A DNA stretch of 64,000 bases from Macrostomum lignano (taxonomy: Eukaryota), in assembly GCA_002269645.1 (NCBI GenBank), contig NIVC01003547.1, positions 27,985-91,984 on the forward strand, read 5' to 3'. The stretch's first letter is position 1. Each line of letters starts with the position of its first letter. The position numbers and the translations under genes are program-made. The notes under the pieces are model-generated. The model worked only from the letters and a program-made list of their open reading frames with translations. It was not told the origin of the DNA and did no database searches. Below are positions 46,501-57,084 of the stretch, piece after piece.

Positions 46501-49500
46501 TGCGCTATACTTTCTTCTTCCTACGTTTTTGCAGAGAATTTCGCATTTTCCATTGAAACTGCTGTTAACTAATTTAGTTCTTATTTATCACATGTTGTAT
46601 AGCCCCCAATCAAATAAGACTGATATCGAAAAGCTATGCAAAGCTTTTATCTCCAATGCTCAGCAAATATTCGGACCGAAAGTACTCCGCCTTAATTTCC
46701 ACCTGCTTTTGCATATGGCTGAACAGTACGAATTGTACGGACCTGTATTTAATTATTCTATGTTCGCATTTGAGAGCTCCATTGGCATGTTCAAAAAGTT
46801 CTTATGCGGAACTGTGTCATTTGGCCCACAGCTTGTTCGCAAGTTTTTGTTTCAAAAGTTGCTACATCACTACTTTTCTTGTGTTAAGGACTCTATTGTA
46901 GTGGATGCAGTTAACTCTATATCTTTAGAGCCATCCAGGCCACATGGTATTCTTCGAAACTCACTTGCTTATTTTAATGGACATTTTTTCTCGACAAGCT
47001 CAGCTTGTGCGTCGAAAAATTCTAACCATCTTTGCCAATTGAAGTCCGGCGAAATCTGCACTATTGCAGAGTTCCTCGAGCCTAATACTATTCGAGTGCA
47101 AATTTTGGATCCCATTGGTTCGCTGTTTGATTTTGTTTTACGAGTACCAGCAGCAACTTTCCCCATCGATTTACTTAATTGGAAAGCATTGCTGGAATCC
47201 ATGTTCAAAAAGTCTTCGACATTCAATTTTGTATTGATATCCCTGTCTAATGCGCCCAGATCGGCCAGACGCGAACGTATAGTTAATTTTTCAGAGGTCG
47301 ATCGACCCTGCATCGCTGTTCCAGTAGAATCGTTCAGCAAAGACTGTTATTGCGCTGTGCCATTGTTCAAAGAGTTTGAACATGATTAAAAAGGTACGAG
47401 TATGTGTCCGTACCTTAGATCCGATTATTTTATTATTAATGCTGCAAAGTCTGGCAGAAAATAAAATTATGCTCCATGACCAAGATAAAACCATCAGGGA
47501 ATCAGAATAACTTTCCAGATGCCCAACTTCCTCCCTCTCAGACTCCCACCGTTACCTCTCTTTGTCCGATCTCTCCATATTCAAAATCTCCAAGTTTCTG
47601 TGCGCAAATAATTGACTAATGCAGCATTAACTTCGTTTCGTAAAGGATTAGTCGGCCCTTGCCCTTAATGCGTACCGAATTCGGCTAATTCTATTTATTG
47701 ACTGTTCAGTAAAATTTACTGTTTTATTTTTTCTTACAGTACCTTGAAATGCGTCAAATTCTGTCTATTCTGTATCTTAAAGCTCTCTGAGCTGTTTTAT
47801 TTTTTCTTACAGTACCTTGAAATGCGTCAAATTCTGTCTATTCTGTATCTTAAAGCTCTCTGAGCTGTTTTATTTTTCTTACAGTACCTTGAAATGCGTC
47901 AAATTCTGTCTATTCTGTATTTTAAAGCTCTCTGAGCTGTTTTATTTTTTCTTACAGTACCTTGAAATGCGTCAAATTCTGTCTATTCTGTATTTTAAAG
48001 CTCTCTGAGCTGTTTTATTTTTTCTTACAGTACCTTGAAATGCGTCAAATTCTGTCTATTCTGTATTTTAAAGCTCTCTGAGCTGTTTTATTTTTTCTTA
48101 CAGTACCTTGAAATGCGTCAAATTCTGTCTATTCTGTATTTTAAAGCTCTCTGAGCTGTCTTATTTTTTCTTACAGTACCTTGAAATGCGTCAAATTCTG
48201 TCCATTCTGTATTTTAAAGCTCTCTGAGACTGAGCTGTCTTATTTTTTCTTACAGTACTTTGAAATGAATTATGCCTAATTATCATTAATAATATAAGTC
48301 TCGAAATTGTCATCATACGAGTTTTCAATTACTTCTACATTTAATTGCATAAGTATTTGTTCTGATACTTTTTTGTTTTGAAAGTGATTTATAAGGGAAT
48401 GGAAACATATTTCTCAGCAGCACTAAAGATGCTGCCGAATTTGTTTAGAAAATTTCAGCTTTAAAATGAACCTACGCAAACATTGCGTTCTACTAACAGT
48501 AGTGTAGTAAGGAAAATTATATTTAAAATCATACATCAATGTACATGGATGGAAAGTAACCATGGATGAAGTTTACGTGGAACCATGTATGATCAGGTAT
48601 GGCTCCATACATGTTCAGGTATGATCCATACATGGCATCATGGATGCTTCATCCATGATTTATCCATGCAAGGAGAGTAGGGTTGCACGAGCAGAGCCAA
48701 GTCGAGATTCCAATTCAGCCCCAAATTCATGTGACTGCACTTGGAATCGAGCCTGGGCCGCTGGTAAATAAGAGCGCCGCGCCGGGCTACGGCGACCCCC
48801 ATCATAATACCCTGAAACCCAGTTTGGCGCTCAGCCTGGCTACTCATTTTGACATCGCAGCATTTTTTTTTATTAGAGGCAGGGGGGGTGTGTGCACCCT
48901 GGCGCACTTTAGGCGACATAGGCACACAACCGGCGAGAGGCATTACTGCCCATTCCGCCGACTCCCCTGAGCAGGCATACAAGCGCGCGGATACGTACGC
49001 AGGCACACACTTACACAGGAGTGTACAGCGGCCCTAACTTTATCAATTGTTAGGCATGTACACTTCACTGCGCCTTGGGGGGTTGGCTCTCAAGGCCGTT
49101 AATTGCAGAAGCGAGCCAAGCCGAAATTCCAATTCAGCCCCAAATTAATGTGGCTGCACTTGGAATCGAGCCTGGGTCGCTGGCACACCAGAGCAGCTGC
49201 GCTACCGCTGGGCTACGGCCCCCTGACATCGCAGCATAATTTCAGCAAGCAAGACGGGAAACCTAGCTGTGTCCCCTTTCTGGCAAAGCCCCTGTCTGTT
49301 CCTTACATGCAATCGAAAATTAAATTTTGAAAAATAACCCCCCTTAATCTTCCCCAGGAACCGGGTGCAGCGCAACTTGCGCAAACTGCTCAAAACCTAC
49401 AAGCGCAAGATTGCATTTCGCAATCACGAGATTGAGCAGAAATTCTGCCACACCTGCTTCATCTGGCGGCCGCCCCGATCGTCCCACTGCGGCACCTGCA

Positions 49501-50834
49501 ACAACTGCGTGGCCAAGTTTGACCACCACTGCCCCTGGCTTGGCAACTGCGTTGGTTTAGGCAACTACAGGCAGTACCTGACTTTCCTCATCTGTCTGAG
49601 TCTGCACTGCATCCTGTCCGTCTTTTTCTGCATTGTCAAGCAGGTGATGCATTAAAAAGCGAAGCGTTTTCTCTCAGATGTGGAATTGAGATCGCTGGCC
49701 CTGAAAAGATTGAGGGCAGAGTGGCTCATTGGGTAATTGGGGGCAGAGTGGCTCATTGGGTAATTAGGGGGGCCAGAGTGGCTCATTGGGTAATTGGGGG
49801 AGGGGGGCAGAGTAGCTCATTGGGTAATTAGGGGGGCAGAGTAGCTCATTGGGTAATTAGGGGGGCCAGAGTGGCTCATTGGGTATTTGGGGGGGGAGGG
49901 GCAGAGTAGCTCATTGGGTAATCGGGGCAGAGTGGCTCATTGGGTAATAGGGGGCAGAGTGGCTCATTGGGTAATTGGGGGGGGGCAGAGTAGCTCATTG
50001 GGTAATTGGGGGCAGAGTAAGCTCATTGGGTAATTGGGGGGCAGAGTGGCTCATTGGGTAATTGGGGGGGGCAGAGTAGCTCATTGGGTAATTGGGGGGG
50101 GCAGAGTAGCTCATCGGGTAATTGGGGGGGGCAGAGTAGCTCATCGGGTAATTGGGGGGGGCAGAGTAGCTCATTGGGTAATTGGGGGGGGGGGCAGAGT
50201 AGCTCATTGGGTAATGGGGCCGACTCTCGAACGAAGATGACAGGATTTGAATCCGGGCGTGAAAATAATCCTGGCGCTTGTCGTTCGGCTCACGGCCATG
50301 AGGGGACCTAATCCGTAATTTACGAGTATGCATGTATTTCAATATAGTGTCAACTTTTGACCATGAAGGTCAGGGGCTGCTGTACATCCTTCGCCTACTG
50401 TCAGCGGATCGACCTTGCCGCATTGATTTGCGACAGCATGCAAGGCTCCATCTGTACATAGCTCGTAATTAACCAACTAACCGCTTAGCCCCGCCTCAAC
50501 ACCCGCGAATGCCGATACCGCACAGGTGGTGTACTTCCGCCGGCAGGCAGAGTTCACGGCCGTCTCGATGACCAACCTGCTGCCCAGTGTGGTGTGCAGC
50601 CTGCTGGCAGTCGGGGGCCTGGCATTCGCCAGCAACCTGCTGCAGTACCACTGCGAGATCATGATCAAGGGTCTGACAACCCGCGAGGACGAGAAGTCGG
50701 ACGACCTGTTCCGGGACGGTGTTAACTACTTCAGACGGCCGGGCGGATTTTTAGAACACCTACGCGACGCGATGCTGAGCAACCAGCTGCCGTCTGTCTT
50801 CAAAGCGAGGCGCGCCCGCTCGTCAAAGAAGTGA
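40541..50834 (+). CDS. DHHC palmitoyltransferase, ZDHHC9/14/18 (Erf2)-like (exons 40541-41202, 49358-49643, 50526-50834)
   Basis: Two TMs then [63 protein letters not shown]3 and TM4, then a TTRE (TTxE) motif. Junction phases 2 and 0 are consistent. Intron 1 is 8.2 kb because of nested elements. Confidence 0.9.
41433..41811. mobile_element. About 380-bp MITE with long imperfect TIRs
   Basis: GGACTACT(T/C)AAGTAG...TTTTTTCAGCAC(G/T)AAAATT inverted arms of about 100 bp. TSD not resolved. Confidence 0.7.
43089..45039 (+). CDS. Second gene of the EnSpm element (7 exons), C-terminal region BEN-domain-like
   Basis: Approximate exons 43089-43298, 43412-43748, 43832-43912, 43999-44070, 44160-44287, 44366-44558 and 44858-45039. 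All six GT-AG introns are phase-compatible. The end reads [23 protein letters not shown]...[38 protein letters not shown]. The BEN assignment is inference. Confidence 0.7.
45089..47389 (+). CDS. EnSpm/CACTA-type DDE transposase (766 aa, uninterrupted)
   Basis: [20 protein letters not shown] (D1), [22 protein letters not shown] (D2), [41 protein letters not shown] (E). Confidence 0.9.
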   Translation: MSSKSESEHSLSTNYSAYSCQAISSPSNSFSTSNRSSISSEAGVTHSHSCPDAVETFIGENNAVPVLEESSDSLANLASISDPSVQAALIFQWAITSGVSEAALDRLLKLLSIFSRDSLALPNSVKLLKSLIQDTCPLDDSDVSEFGFCPECKSQCQVHSPKSKVAVTQLNIVPQLRTILSSHTSTILQYEQELQKDKNTDVLNSKIVKEQGLSLSSGKSLHLHLLISADGANFFESVQSSFWPFQAQLLNLPVYIRQRFANLILIALVSSKAVPHFQSFLSEIMNNLPKQFIFSEYTVHVHYTLFVCDLPALAKLFCIHQYNGAFSCPRCLHPGESFKVSEKGKNWIFRYGEGYLFPLRNPSSHLEHCRLAQIRNRPVFGVKMRSCLLDYVPFPSCNPIDSLHCFFEGHTKYLLEELSLPANRRELYFCSANCMDFISNCIRQSITPSSITINTNFKGFSDWKAKHFKNFALYFLLPTFLQRISHFPLKLLLTNLVLIYHMLYSPQSNKTDIEKLCKAFISNAQQIFGPKVLRLNFHLLLHMAEQYELYGPVFNYSMFAFESSIGMFKKFLCGTVSFGPQLVRKFLFQKLLHHYFSCVKDSIVVDAVNSISLEPSRPHGILRNSLAYFNGHFFSTSSACASKNSNHLCQLKSGEICTIAEFLEPNTIRVQILDPIGSLFDFVLRVPAATFPIDLLNWKALLESMFKKSSTFNFVLISLSNAPRSARRERIVNFSEVDRPCIAVPVESFSKDCYCAVPLFKEFEHD
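47720..48265. repeat. 73-bp tandem repeat, about 7.5 copies, in the 3' part of the EnSpm element
   Basis: Anchor CAGTACCTTGAAATGCG at 47737, 47810, 47882, 47955, 48028, 48101 and 48174. Confidence 0.95.
48864..49223 (-). mobile_element. Intact 360-bp tRNA-derived SINE with a 14-bp TSD
   Basis: TSD TGACATCGCAGCAT at 48850-48863 and 49224-49237. A-box TAGCCCAGCGG, B-box GGCTCGATTCC and poly(A) tail. Confidence 0.92.
49715..50220. repeat. About 28-bp minisatellite (GGCAGAGTAGCTCATTGGGTAATTGGGG)n in ZDHHC intron 2
   Basis: About 17 copies with variable G runs. Confidence 0.95.
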
Positions 50835-51415
50835 CTCTTTGACTAATGTAGATTCTAACAAGTAACTATGCTGTTATCAAGTTGAAATTATATCAGTAAT
50901 GCAAATATCTTAATAATTACACACAGATTATAGACCGGAATCCAGAATAGAACCTAACAGCGTGTGAATACAAAATGTTTCTAAAATCGTTTGTTTGTAA
51001 ACCATAATACATGTTTAGCTAGGTGTCAGCAAGCAAACACCCGTGGAAACCGCGAGAAACACGAGAAAAGGTAGTACAACAGCTTGCGAGTGGTGGCCGC
51101 GACTGCAGAATAACAAACTGTACTTCGTTAAATTACAACTGTGGTTGTGCCTTTTACTCGTAACAAGAGAGCAGAGCCTTAAAACAGCTTGGCTTGACCT
51201 GCAGTCTGTGGGAGACTGCAGCTTGGAAGTGGCTTTATTGTCTATGGCCGAGGGCAGTCCATTGCAGTCGCTGCTACAAGTACTGCAGCTGTTGTTGATG
51301 CTCACTCGACCCAACCTCCAGCTTCTGGACCGACCAGGGCGGCTGCTTCTTCCACAACTCGTACCGCAGCGCATCATCGGAGTGTTCACAAACTTCCTAC
51401 TTCCTACTAAGGGAT

Positions 51416-51602
51416 TCTAGCCTAGTGGGTTAGAGCGTCGGATTCCCAATCCCACTTGGAACAATTTTTGTCCTTGAGCAAGACTCTTAACTCTGCATTG
51501 CTTCAGTTCACCCAGCTGTAAAATGGGTGCCAGCATTAGCTGGGGTAATTGAGGATGTGTGGCAACCCCCCCACCCCCAGTCCTTGGACTGAACAGCCGT
51601 AC
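51416..51602 (+). mobile_element. CORE-like SINE, second copy with a shortened head
   Basis: Homologous to 32061-32300. Confidence 0.75.
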
Positions 51603-52609
51603 GGGAAGGTATGAGGAAGCGAACACTTCTCGAATCTCGACAGGTTTTGTCCGAGCTGCGCTCACAAGTTTATCAAGCTGTTTTTTTCATGAACTGCTGC
51701 CGGAGACCGGCAAGCAAGCAAAGTTGCGGCGAAATTGCAGCCGCTCCTGTCTTTTTAGGGTATTTTTGGACCAACTGTCTTAATTCTGTGTTGAGACAAA
51801 GACTAACAGGAAGGGAAAAGCACTTATACATGAGCATGTAACACTTAACGCATAACACTCAGTCAATGCAGCAGGATTATGAGTTGATCATTTATTATAG
51901 TAATAGAAATTAATTAATAATAGTAATTTAAAAAATGCTCAAATGAACGCGTTTATATTTAATGTTGTTATTTATACCCAGTTTGAAGATAGAACTGCTC
52001 ATTACGATTATCATTGCAATTATCGTAACTAAGCATATCTGGCAGCGTTATCAACATGTACAGGTAAATGTTATGGTGCAAACAAAAATATATTGACATT
52101 TATGACTATTGATTAACTACAGATGAGCGCCATAAGTACATTATATTATTGCACTGAATGTTGCCAGCCCATTCCCCAAACTTATTATGTAAGATAATTA
52201 ATTAATATTCATAGTCGTATCAATTGAAAGCGGCATGCAAGGCGAAAGGAAATTTACTTACTAAGATTTTTGAATAATAATAGTAAAATTATAACTATAT
52301 AAGGCTGCGCCTCGAAACTGGGCAGGATTTGCTTATAATGCAACGGAAATATAATAATAACTGTAGTATATGAAGGAGTTAAACGGAAATACGCCTGGGG
52401 GGAAGCCAAAGCAGAGTTTAAGAGAGAGGAAAAACTCAATCTGGAATTCTTTGTGTCAATGCCCAGCCAACTGCAACGCGAAACGGGTCCCTTGATAACT
52501 GAGTCTACCACAAATATTGAATGTTAGCCCTATTCTTTGCCATGTTAATAATATCTGTTAACTTGCCAATGCTTGCATTAGTTTCAAACTGTGATTTTCT
52601 TGACGACAA

Positions 52610-54058
52610 CTACTGGCTGGATTGCGAATCTTCAGACTGTTGAGCCGGCTGATGCTGCACATGCTGGGCCACCACCGGCTGGTCCGGGTGCGTCACCTGC
52701 CAGGGTTATTGGACTGTAAGTCAGCACTTGATACAGTCAGCCCTGCTATCTGAGTCTGCTTTTCCGCTCTCTGAATCTGAATCTCCGCTCTCTGAGTCTG
52801 CCTTTCCGCTCTCTGAGTCTGCCTTTCCGCTCTCTGAGTCTGAATCTCCGCTCTCTGAGTCTGAATCTCCGCTCTCCGAATCTGCCTCTCCACTCCCTGA
52901 ATCTGCCTTTCCGCTCTCTGAATCTGACTTTCCACTCCTTGAATCTGCCTTTCCGCTCTCTGAATCTGCCTTTCCACTCCCTGAATCTGCCTTTCCACTC
53001 CCTGAATCTGCCTTTCCACTCCCTGAATCTGCCTTTCCACTCCCTGAATCTGCCTTTCCACTCCCTGAATCTGCCTTTCCACTCCCTGAATCTGCCTTTC
53101 CGCTCCCTGAATCTGCCTTTCCACTCCCTGAATCTGCCTTTCCACTCCCTGAATCTGCCTCTCCACTCTCTGAATCTGCCTCTCCACTCCCTGAATCTGC
53201 CTCTCCACTCCCTGAATCTGCCTTTCCAATCCCTGAATCTGCCTTTCCAATCCCTGAATCTGCCTTTCCACTCTCTGAATCTGCCTCTCCACTCCCTGAA
53301 TCTGCCTTTCCACTCTCTGAATCTGCCTCTCCACTCCCTGAATCTGCCTCTCCACTCCCTGAATCTGCCTTTCCAATCCCTGAATCTGCCTCTCCACGCC
53401 CTGAATCTGCCTCTCCACTCCCTGAATCTGCCTTTCCAATCCCTGAATCTGCCTCTCCACGCCCTGAATCTGCCTCTCCACTCCCTGAATCTGCCTCTCC
53501 ACGCCCTGAATCTGCCTCTCCACGCCCTGAATCTGCCTCTCCATGCCCTGAATCTGCCTTTCCAATCCCTGAATTCGCCTCTCCACGCCCTGAATCTGCC
53601 TTTCCACTCCCTGAATCTGCCTCTCCACTGCCTGAATCTGCCTCTTCACTCCCTGAATTGCCTCTCCACTCACTGACTGTCTCTCAGCTCCCCTGCAGAA
53701 ATCAACACCCCTACAAGATCACCTGGTGCTGATCCGCAGGGCAGCAGTTCACGGAGGACTTCTTGCGCACAGCTGGCACATTATCGGGCGTCGGTATGGT
53801 TTCGCCCGTGCTCTCCTGCAGCATCTCCTTCTCCTGAGTGGCCGGCAGTGGCGCCTTCTGATGCGACACCCGCGCCTTGGCCATGTTATAATCGCCGCTA
53901 TCAAAATATTTATGGCCCTTGTTTAGCCGCTTCTGCAACACGGATGTGCCGATGCCTTTCCTGCCCAGATTGGGATATTTCTGGCGCAGTTTCTCCTCTT
54001 CGGCTTGCTCAACCGACTGGGCTGCGGCCACTGGCTCGCTGGCTGACATTGCATGCAT
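52610..54058 (-). CDS. ENSA: Alpha-endosulfine/ARPP19 family PP2A-B55 inhibitor (exon 54058-53723; probable last exon 52696-52610)
   Basis: KLRQKYPNLG..LQKRLNKGHKYFDSGDYNMAKA (Greatwall site FDSGDY), TGETIPTPDNVP and RKKSS. The last exon VTHPDQPVVAQHVQHQPAQQSEDSQSSQ* is inferred from a GC-rich island and ctggcag|GTG. An unspliced form would end HQVIL*. Confidence 0.9.
52750..53670. repeat. 21-bp minisatellite (CCCTGAATCTGCCTTTCCACT)n, about 44 copies
   Basis: Read directly from the sequence. It lies in the inferred ENSA intron. Confidence 0.95.
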
Positions 54059-54664
54059 TCAGAATTTCAAATAATTATATTTCTACTGTCAGTAGGGTAG
54101 AAGTATATTGATGAAAAAATAAGTTGTAATTTAGGAAGGCCAATTAACGGAATTAAAACGCTTCATATTTTCTACTGGTAAGACGGACTGGGTAAGCAGT
54201 CAGTTTTTATTTAATTTAAAAATACAAAATAACGTATGTGGGAAAACTGCAGATATTAAACCACTATATGGACCACTCTGTTGCTATTCGATAAAATGCG
54301 GAGAAAAGCCTCTTCTCTAGCCGTAAAGTGGCCTAAGTAGTGTTTGAGCATTAGCAGTTTAACCGAGTTTAGCATTTCATAGGTAATGATTGTTAATTGT
54401 TAATACGAGTAGTTATAAATGATGTACTCAAATGGTTAAAATTTGATTAAAATTTCAGCTACTTAAAGCAGCAATAATCGCATCCGGCTTTTAACAAGCA
54501 GACCCATTAAATTTACATATTTTGCTTTTCTGAAGATGCACCCAAACTTAGCGCGTGCAAATAGCGAGCAAAAGAGAAAAGGAGTGGCGCCCCAGCATCC
54601 ATCAAGGCCGATAAACAGTTTAGTGTTTGACTGTCCTCCTGCCCGATGGTGTCTGACTTTGACC

Positions 54665-54815
54665 TCTCTCCTTACTGCTCTCTCATTGGCTGAGCTAGAT
54701 TGGGCCTGCCCCCTAGGCTGTCTCCTTACTGCTCTCTCATTGGTTGAGCTAGATTGCGCCTGCCCCCTAGGCTGTCTCCTTACTGCTCTCTCATTGGCTG
54801 AGCTAGATTAGGCCA
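54665..54815. repeat. 54-bp tandem repeat x3 containing CCAAT boxes
   Basis: TCTCCTTACTGCTCTCTCATTGG(C/T)TGAGCTAGATT... The reverse complement gives AGCCAATGAG. Confidence 0.85.
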
Positions 54816-54944
54816 GCCCCCTAGGAGGGGGTTTCTTGCCTTTACTTGTGTACATCGAATTAAATGTTCATTCTTAACCCCATATGCCATATGCTCCGGA
54901 GGCCGCAAACCCCGAGGAAGGAAAAGAAATTTTAGCTGTCACGT

Positions 54945-55493
54945 TTAGTTCGGCGGTTGAAAAACCTGTTGCCGGTAAAACTGCAGCTCCCGGATGCTCT
55001 CTTGAATGTCAGCCAGGGCTCGATGGGAGCCCAGCTTAGCCGGGGCTTGCAGGCCCGGATACCAGCGCTTGCAGAGCTCCTTCACCGTGCTTACATCAAT
55101 GATTCGATAATGCAGCTGGGCCATAAAATCGGGCATGTATTTGCGCAGGAATGCCGCGTCAACGTGAATAGAGTTGCCAGCCAGAGGGCAGGCGCCTCGA
55201 ACAGTGTATTGCCTAACAAAGTCTAACATAGCTGACTGGGCCTCTGACAAGCTGGTGCGGCTGGCTCTACATCGCTCAGTCAGGCCAGACTTGCCGTGAT
55301 GCTCAGTGCACCATTTGTCCATGCTGTTCAATAAGTTGCTCTCAATATGCAGCACCATTGTGGGAGCCTCGGCCAGGACATTGAGATCTTTATCAGTTAC
55401 TAAGCAGGCCATTTCCATAATTTTATCGCGGTCAAGATTCAGCCCAGTCATCTCTAGGTCAACCCAGACTATGTTTTGCATTGAGCTGCTCAT
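54945..55493 (-). CDS. REXO2: Oligoribonuclease (Orn/REXO2, DEDDh exonuclease), 182 aa, intronless
   Basis: [53 protein letters not shown] and [18 protein letters not shown]. Confidence 0.97.
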   Translation of the reverse strand: MSSSMQNIVWVDLEMTGLNLDRDKIMEMACLVTDKDLNVLAEAPTMVLHIESNLLNSMDKWCTEHHGKSGLTERCRASRTSLSEAQSAMLDFVRQYTVRGACPLAGNSIHVDAAFLRKYMPDFMAQLHYRIIDVSTVKELCKRWYPGLQAPAKLGSHRALADIQESIRELQFYRQQVFQPPN

Positions 55494-57084
55494 TAAAGCT
55501 GATTTAGCATGCGATTTTTTTGAGAAAAAGTTGTCAATTTACAAGAATGTAAATTATTATGCAATGGACAATGAGTAGACATAGTAAAATTAATGTGTAA
55601 TTTGGAAAGCTAAGCCAAGCATGCTCTATTTGATAGCAGAAGTGATTGCCATATATCCAAATAGATATTTATGCTGCCTTAATATTGAATCAAGTTGTAT
55701 ATAATTTGTATTGCTTTCACTACTTTATATGTAAAAGGTAATACTATTTCTATAAAGTTCACATGCTTAAAACTATATTAGTTTATGAATATATCTTTCT
55801 TAGAAAAGCTCTTTTTAAGTTGCCACAATGTTTTAATGTACATAAAATTGAAAATATTGTAAATATTATAAATATAAGCTATTTATAAAAAGTTGTTTAA
55901 AAACTGCATTGAAAAATACTAAAAATACATAGGCTGCCAACAGCAACAACAAAATACACTTTGTGCCAGCCACAAGTGGCCATAGATAAGGGAAGTATTA
56001 GAACATGTTTTGGGTTGCATATCTAAAAAATTGGGTAAATGAAAATTGCCTGCCAAGACATACATGCGCAACCCCCCTAATTTACACTGGCCATGCGACT
56101 TACTTTTTGACCAAAAATGCGACTTACCTGTGAAAAAAACGCTAAACCAAAATTAACGCAGTTTTGGGTAAACGGCAGGAGTAACTATGACTGTCTTATC
56201 AGGCATAAATGCCTCGGCATCTAATTAGTACTACGTCCGTATTCTTTGGGGTGGCATTTTTGCGACCTACCCCTGGTCCACCACAATTTACGGTGGCCAG
56301 ATCGGCCAGGTCGGCCAGCAGTTGCGCGTGTATGTGCCAAGATTTGCCTATAGAAGATTTGCCCACTGAGCTTTTCTTACCAAGATTTGCCCAGAGTGCA
56401 TTTTGCCTATGAGAAAAATTGCCTAAGGAGATTTGCCCACTAAGAATTGCCTACCAAGATTTGCCTGTGAGTGAATTGCTTACCAAGTTTTCCCCCTGAG
56501 GTTTGCCTGCAATACTTTTTCCTGCAGCACATTTGATAGCTTGATTCTATCTACATTGCCCTCCCCCTCCCCCAAAATATGCATTTTATATGCAGTTACT
56601 ATCAAAATATTTTGATTAGGTAAATCTCTTTATTAAGATTTACTAAGCATTGGAGAAGCAATGCAGACAAAATTTGCTATGTGGCTAAATGTGCTGCAAG
56701 AAAAGAGCACTGCATCTATCTTGATAGGCAATTTGCTCATAGGCAAAATGCATAGCATAGCGAGTAAATCTTGGTGGGAAAAGCTTATTTATTGGCTTTT
56801 ACCTCTAGCTTAAACTCTCCAACTGTACCTTTCCACACTATCTCCTTGCCCCAGCCCAATTTTTATAGCCTTTCTTGGAATTCTAGCCTAAAGCTACTAT
56901 GTAAATTTCAGTAAAATGGCTAATATACATTATTGCTAAACCAATTAGCAAGTTGTTTATATACTTGCAAGCTTGGGCTTCTAAACTTATCAAATTCATT
57001 TTAGCCAGTTTCATTTTTATAAATATTCTTCTTTTCTATTGTGTTGAACTGAAACTTGGAAAGTAGAAAGCTAGGCCCTATATA

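Larger units (their letters stand above)
41952..48682 (+). mobile_element. Apparently autonomous EnSpm/CACTA (CMC) DNA transposon, 6731 bp
   Basis: TIR CCCTACTCT...CATGGATAAATCAT at both ends. 2-bp TSD TT at 41950-41951 and 48683-48684, confirmed against the empty SINE site CCGTTAATTGCA. Many subterminal CATGG repeats. Two genes inside. Confidence 0.9.
41325..48800 (-). mobile_element. tRNA-derived SINE split into three pieces by a MITE and an EnSpm element
   Basis: Tail piece at 41325-41430, middle at 41815-41951 and head at 48683-48800. Together they are colinear with the intact SINE at 48864-49223. Confidence 0.85.

Noticed and set aside
47720-48265. CRISPR-like arrays (73-bp, 29-bp, 34-bp and 105-bp repeats)
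   Set aside because: Units are head-to-tail with no unique spacers, the context is eukaryotic and there are no cas genes.
48864-49223. tRNA genes (A/B boxes at 14970, 22560, 32061, 48790, 49200)
   Set aside because: No complete cloverleaf. Each continues into a shared SINE body, with a poly(A) tail and TSD in the intact copy.
53693-53722. 30-nt micro-intron fusing ENSA to the heptad ORF
   Set aside because: The ENSA donor is phase 0 and would give GGG AGC TGA (an immediate stop). The heptad frame needs a phase-2 donor, and none convincing was found.
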